Below are positions 60,673 to 64,000 of a stretch of 64,000 nt of DNA, one piece after another (position 1 is the first letter of the stretch; each line of letters opens with the position of its first letter). The notes beneath the pieces are model-generated. The model worked only from the letters and a program-made list of their open reading frames with translations. It had not been told where the DNA came from and did not search any database. Where the stretch lies: contig CAVVCL010000005.1 of the NCBI GenBank assembly GCA_963746745.1, positions 28,733 through 92,732 of the forward strand, written 5' to 3'. The position numbers and the translations under genes are program-made. Source of the stretch: an uncultured Chloroflexia bacterium. GTDB taxonomy: Bacteria > Chloroflexota > Anaerolineae > Anaerolineales > Villigracilaceae.

Positions 60673-61710
60673 CTAGGTTCCGGCAATCTGTTCCTGGACG
60701 AGGTCACTCAGTAAGCCGGCTACAAAACGCACAGTCGGTATGGTTCTCGAATAGGACATGCGCATGGGACCCAGGACACCCAGAGTACCGGTGGCCAGCC
60801 CGGGTACACCGTAGCGCGCCAGTACCATAGAGCACTCGCTCAGATCTTCCGAACCGCCTTCGCCCCCAATCAAGACCTGGAGCCCGCCCACAGCGCTGTT
60901 CAGGGTGGTCCGGGCCAGAAGGGCCTGCAATGTCGAGCGCTGCTCCAGCAGCTTGAGCGCGCGCCGCACACTGTCGGACTCTGCGAATTCGGGTTCGGCA
61001 AGCATGTTGGTGAAACCGTCCGTGTAGATCTCGCCCGAGACACCCTCGGCTGTGCGTCGCAACTCGCCAAGGATGAGCGTCAGTATGTCTTGTTCCAGCA
61101 CATCGGGGCACGAAGGTACGGCGGCGATTTCGTCGAGGCTCAGGCCCGCAAGCGCCGTATTGAGTCGCGTCGCCGTCTGGCTCAGGCTCTCCTGGGATGC
61201 CGGCTCCGCAAGGGTCAGCAATTGCTGTGACACTTCGCCACCCACGAGGACAAGAACCATCAGGATTTGCCGGCCTTGCGTCGAAATCAACTCCACATGC
61301 TGAAACAGGGGCTTATCTGCTCGGGGTGCGGTGACCATTGAAGCGCCCTGCGACTGGTGCGCCAGAATGGAGGCTGCAAGATGCATCCACTGCTCCACAT
61401 CGGGTCGCGCCTCCCGAAACTGGAGGGATATCTTGTTCTCCACCGCCTGAGGCAGTGCCGCCTGATTCATCATGGCGCTTACGAAGTAGCGATACCCCTC
61501 TTCGGTGGGGACGCGGCCCGCAGAGGTGTGCGGCTGGCGCAAGTAACCCAATTCCGTCAAGGCTGACATTTCGTTGCGGATCGTAGCCGAGGAAAGGTCG
61601 AGCCGGTAGCGGTCCACGAGCCGCTTCGAGCCGACGGGCTGCGCCGCGTCGATATAGTCGCGGATAATCACAAGCAGCAAGGTCTTCTGGCGTTCAGTAA
61701 GCTCAGACAT
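60673..61710 (-). CDS. hrcA: Heat-inducible transcription repressor HrcA
   Basis: ORF 60673..61710. N-terminal winged helix LTERQKTLLLVIIRDYIDAAQPVGSKRL. Operon context with grpE and dnaJ, and a CIRCE element upstream. Confidence 0.92.
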   Translation of the reverse strand: MSELTERQKTLLLVIIRDYIDAAQPVGSKRLVDRYRLDLSSATIRNEMSALTELGYLRQPHTSAGRVPTEEGYRYFVSAMMNQAALPQAVENKISLQFREARPDVEQWMHLAASILAHQSQGASMVTAPRADKPLFQHVELISTQGRQILMVLVLVGGEVSQQLLTLAEPASQESLSQTATRLNTALAGLSLDEIAAVPSCPDVLEQDILTLILGELRRTAEGVSGEIYTDGFTNMLAEPEFAESDSVRRALKLLEQRSTLQALLARTTLNSAVGGLQVLIGGEGGSEDLSECSMVLARYGVPGLATGTLGVLGPMRMSYSRTIPTVRFVAGLLSDLVQEQIAGT

Positions 61711-61723
61711 GGTTCATCGCAAG

Positions 61724-61750
61724 TTGGCACTCTCGCTTGGAGAGTGCCAT
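61724..61750. promoter_or_regulatory. CIRCE-like operator (HrcA binding site)
   Basis: TTGGCACTC-TCGCTTGGA-GAGTGCCAT: a 9-nt spacer inverted repeat resembling TTAGCACTC-N9-GAGTGCTAA, 14 nt upstream of the hrcA ATG. Confidence 0.8.
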
Positions 61751-61763
61751 TGCTTGACCCAAA

Positions 61764-61793
61764 ATCATATCATGCGTGGAACAGGAGCGTCAA
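61764..61793 (-). promoter_or_regulatory. Putative sigma70-type promoter of the hrcA operon
   Basis: Reverse strand reads TTGACG-18 nt-TATGAT, immediately upstream of CIRCE. Confidence 0.4.
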
Positions 61794-61866
61794 TAAGAAG
61801 AACGTAAGAAAGGGCCGCGATTTGCCACGCACGCCCATGGGCCCTGCACCGACCTTCGGGCGCTGT

Positions 61867-64000
61867 TCATTGCGTGCTGGCTGGAGGAGCGGCAGGTCGC
61901 CAGGTCGGGTCGAAATCAATGCCCGGATCCGTCGTGACACGGGTGCGTTGCCCGCCATTCAGGGATGCATAGAAGATATCGCGATTCTCATCCGGGCCCT
62001 TGGCCTCGAACACGACCCACATTCCATCAGGAGACACCTCCGGATGCTCGACAGGGAGCGGCCCAATGTCCAGTCTCGTGCCACTCGCGCTGTCGCGCAT
62101 TTCGTAGAGGATGCTCATTATCCAGGGCAGGACTGGTCCTTCCGCGTTGCGCTCAGTGAACAAGACGGTCTTTCCATCGGGCGTCCAAGTGGGAGAGAAG
62201 TCCCAATACTGCTGACCGCCTCGCGAAATCGGCTGCTGACCCTGGCCCGCATCCGTCACGGTCCAGATCTGATATGTGTTGCCGCGTTTCTTGGCAAAGG
62301 CAATCTGATTCCCAAACGGCGACCACGCCGGCTGGCGAACCGCGGCGTAGTCGGCCGACGGCTCCGTGAGCCGCTTCACAGATTGATCCGTGAGATCCAT
62401 TACGTAGATCAAGGGGCGGCCGTCGCGCAAGGACGTGAAGGCAAGGCGCTGGCCGTCCGGCGACCAGGCGGGCTCCGAGTCGCCGCCTGGAGCGGTAGGA
62501 AGTGCCACCAGATTCGAGCCGTCGGCGTTTACCATGTAGAGAGCCGTGTCCTCAGGCGGCCCCTCGGAGATGTCGAGGGGGCGTCCTTCGGGGGAAACAT
62601 GACACGGCGAAACAAACACCAATCGCGCGCCGTCAGGCGACCACGATGGCTGACAGGCGCCGTCTGGGAGGTTTGTAATCGGGATGGCGGCCCCTCCGCT
62701 GAGATCGATCATATAGAGTTGGGGAATTCCCGAGCGGTCAGACGCAAATGCAATCTGGTGCAAAGTCTCTCCCGCCGGCGGGACGACTGATGACGCAACC
62801 GAACTCGCTTCAGGAGCCAGCGCGGCCGTCGGGGCGACCGTGCCGGAAGGGGTCGAAGATGCACGGAGCGTGGCAGTCGTGGTCGGACTCGCCGCGCCCC
62901 CCGGGGCCTCCTCCGGAGGCAGCACCAAGGCGGCAGGGACACGCGTTGAAGTCGGATTCAGTGGCCACGCCGGAATCATTGCCCGAAGGTTTTCCGGGAT
63001 GACCTCTGGCAGCAATATGACAATTCCAGCAAGAGCAACAATGAATGCAAACAGGAAGAAGAGCCAGGCCGGGCTCCGTCTGCGGCTTTGTGGGGCCGGA
63101 CCTGTCCTGTCCGCTGCGGCGTCCGAAACCGCGTTGGCGATTTTCAGCCCCGCAGCGGTTTCGGCTCCTTCTGCGGAAGGCATAAGGGCTGCCAGGGGCG
63201 CCGCGTCCGGCGGGGGCGCGACAGTGAATTCTCCGGTCGGGCGCTCGCCGCGCGCGGCGGCAGCCAGCAGCGCCCTCTTGAATTCCTGTGCAGTCTGAAA
63301 GCGGTCCGCCGGATCGACCGCCATGGCCTTCTCTATGGCGGCAGCCACACGACGCGAAACGCCGGGATTGCGCCGGCGCAGCGGGGTAAGCCGGACATTA
63401 TCCATGGCGCGCGCCAGACCGTCCTCAGGAATAACTCCCGAAAGGGCTGCGTAGAGCGTCGCACCAAGTGAATAGATGTCCGTGCGCGGTTCGGTGCGGG
63501 CCCCTCCGTACTGCTCAGGTGGAGAATACCCAGGGGTCATGGCTCGGGCGCCGGTTGTCGTTGCCTGCGGGCCCTGCACCAGTTTCACGAGACCAAAGTC
63601 GACCAGGAATATGGAACCATCGGGCGAGATCCGGACGTTGCCCGGCTTCAGGTCTCGATGCAGGATTGGCGGCTTGCGCGTGTGCAGGTATGTGAGCGCA
63701 TCGCACATGGCGGCACCGACCATGATTGCGTCGTCCTCTGTGACCGTCCCCAAGCGCTCCATGCGCTGGCGCAGGTCCTCTCCCTCGATGAAGTCCATCA
63801 CGAGGTACTGCCCCTGGTCGCCCACGGAAAAGTGATCGGAAACCCGCGGCAGATTCGCGTGCCGCAAGCCGGCGAGGATCACGGCCTCCAGCCGAAACTG
63901 CCGCGAGTACTCTTCGGTGGTGAAGAGATTTTCCTTGACGGCTACGTCGACGCCCAAATTCTCGTCCACGGCGCGGTAAACCGAACCCATGCCACCCTGA
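61867..64000 (-). CDS. Ser/Thr protein kinase with TM helix and C-terminal PD40/TolB-like beta-propeller repeats (partial; N-terminus beyond the right edge)
   Basis: ORF 61867..63990; the frame continues to 64000 (..QGGMGSVYRAV = end of the Gly-rich loop). HRDLKPGN, DFGLVK, GYSPPEQ. TM AWLFFLFAFIVALAGIVILL. Repeated PxWSPDG motifs (PSWSPDGARLVF, PAWSPDGQRLAF, PAWSPFGNQIAF, PTWTPDGKTVLF). Confidence 0.9.
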   Translation of the reverse strand, partial: QGGMGSVYRAVDENLGVDVAVKENLFTTEEYSRQFRLEAVILAGLRHANLPRVSDHFSVGDQGQYLVMDFIEGEDLRQRMERLGTVTEDDAIMVGAAMCDALTYLHTRKPPILHRDLKPGNVRISPDGSIFLVDFGLVKLVQGPQATTTGARAMTPGYSPPEQYGGARTEPRTDIYSLGATLYAALSGVIPEDGLARAMDNVRLTPLRRRNPGVSRRVAAAIEKAMAVDPADRFQTAQEFKRALLAAAARGERPTGEFTVAPPPDAAPLAALMPSAEGAETAAGLKIANAVSDAAADRTGPAPQSRRRSPAWLFFLFAFIVALAGIVILLPEVIPENLRAMIPAWPLNPTSTRVPAALVLPPEEAPGGAASPTTTATLRASSTPSGTVAPTAALAPEASSVASSVVPPAGETLHQIAFASDRSGIPQLYMIDLSGGAAIPITNLPDGACQPSWSPDGARLVFVSPCHVSPEGRPLDISEGPPEDTALYMVNADGSNLVALPTAPGGDSEPAWSPDGQRLAFTSLRDGRPLIYVMDLTDQSVKRLTEPSADYAAVRQPAWSPFGNQIAFAKKRGNTYQIWTVTDAGQGQQPISRGGQQYWDFSPTWTPDGKTVLFTERNAEGPVLPWIMSILYEMRDSASGTRLDIGPLPVEHPEVSPDGMWVVFEAKGPDENRDIFYASLNGGQRTRVTTDPGIDFDPTWRPAAPPASTQ

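Noticed and set aside
61744-62790. 348-aa ORF on the plus strand
   Set aside because: Antisense to the PD40-repeat region of the Ser/Thr kinase. Arg-rich shadow ORF.

Overview
High-G+C bacterial chromosomal window (about 60-65% in the 60-nt lines I hand counted). The gene style is reminiscent of Chloroflexota-type genomes, but that is inference only: there is no rRNA or tRNA here to anchor taxonomy. 1-27 kb holds a housekeeping and accessory mix: MalT-like ATPase, IMPase, arginase, cytochrome b561, hutI, MFS transporter, EttA, lipoproteins, DinB-family genes, CPBP protease, serine hydrolase, desaturase, aminotransferase, membrane Fe-S oxidoreductase and an SLT-domain protein. Between 3.9 and 32.3 kb the window is rich in short repeats and gene fragments and carries 11 apparent frameshifts plus one in-frame stop. 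It also contains a lower-G+C islet with an HNH nuclease and a degraded AbiU2/HEPN-like gene. 27-50.5 kb carries a complete System I cytochrome c maturation cluster (ccmABCD, ccmG, ccmH, ccmF, and a CxxxY-type ccmE). It is followed directly by a multihaem cytochrome island: a decahaem lipoprotein, a nonahaem cytochrome plus FdnI-like cytochrome b (split CbcL-like pair), a NapC/NirT-like multihaem cytochrome, an octahaem/NrfC/NrfD-type module, and NarL-type regulators. This island is the most interesting candidate system in the window. 50.5-64 kb carries panBE, ytxH, a glycosyltransferase/UDP-glucose dehydrogenase cluster, hrcA-grpE-(truncated dnaK)-dnaJ with a CIRCE element, and a partial Ser/Thr kinase with PD40-type repeats. 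I recognised no rRNA, tRNA, CRISPR array or transposase gene. All homology statements come from motif recognition by eye, not from database searches.
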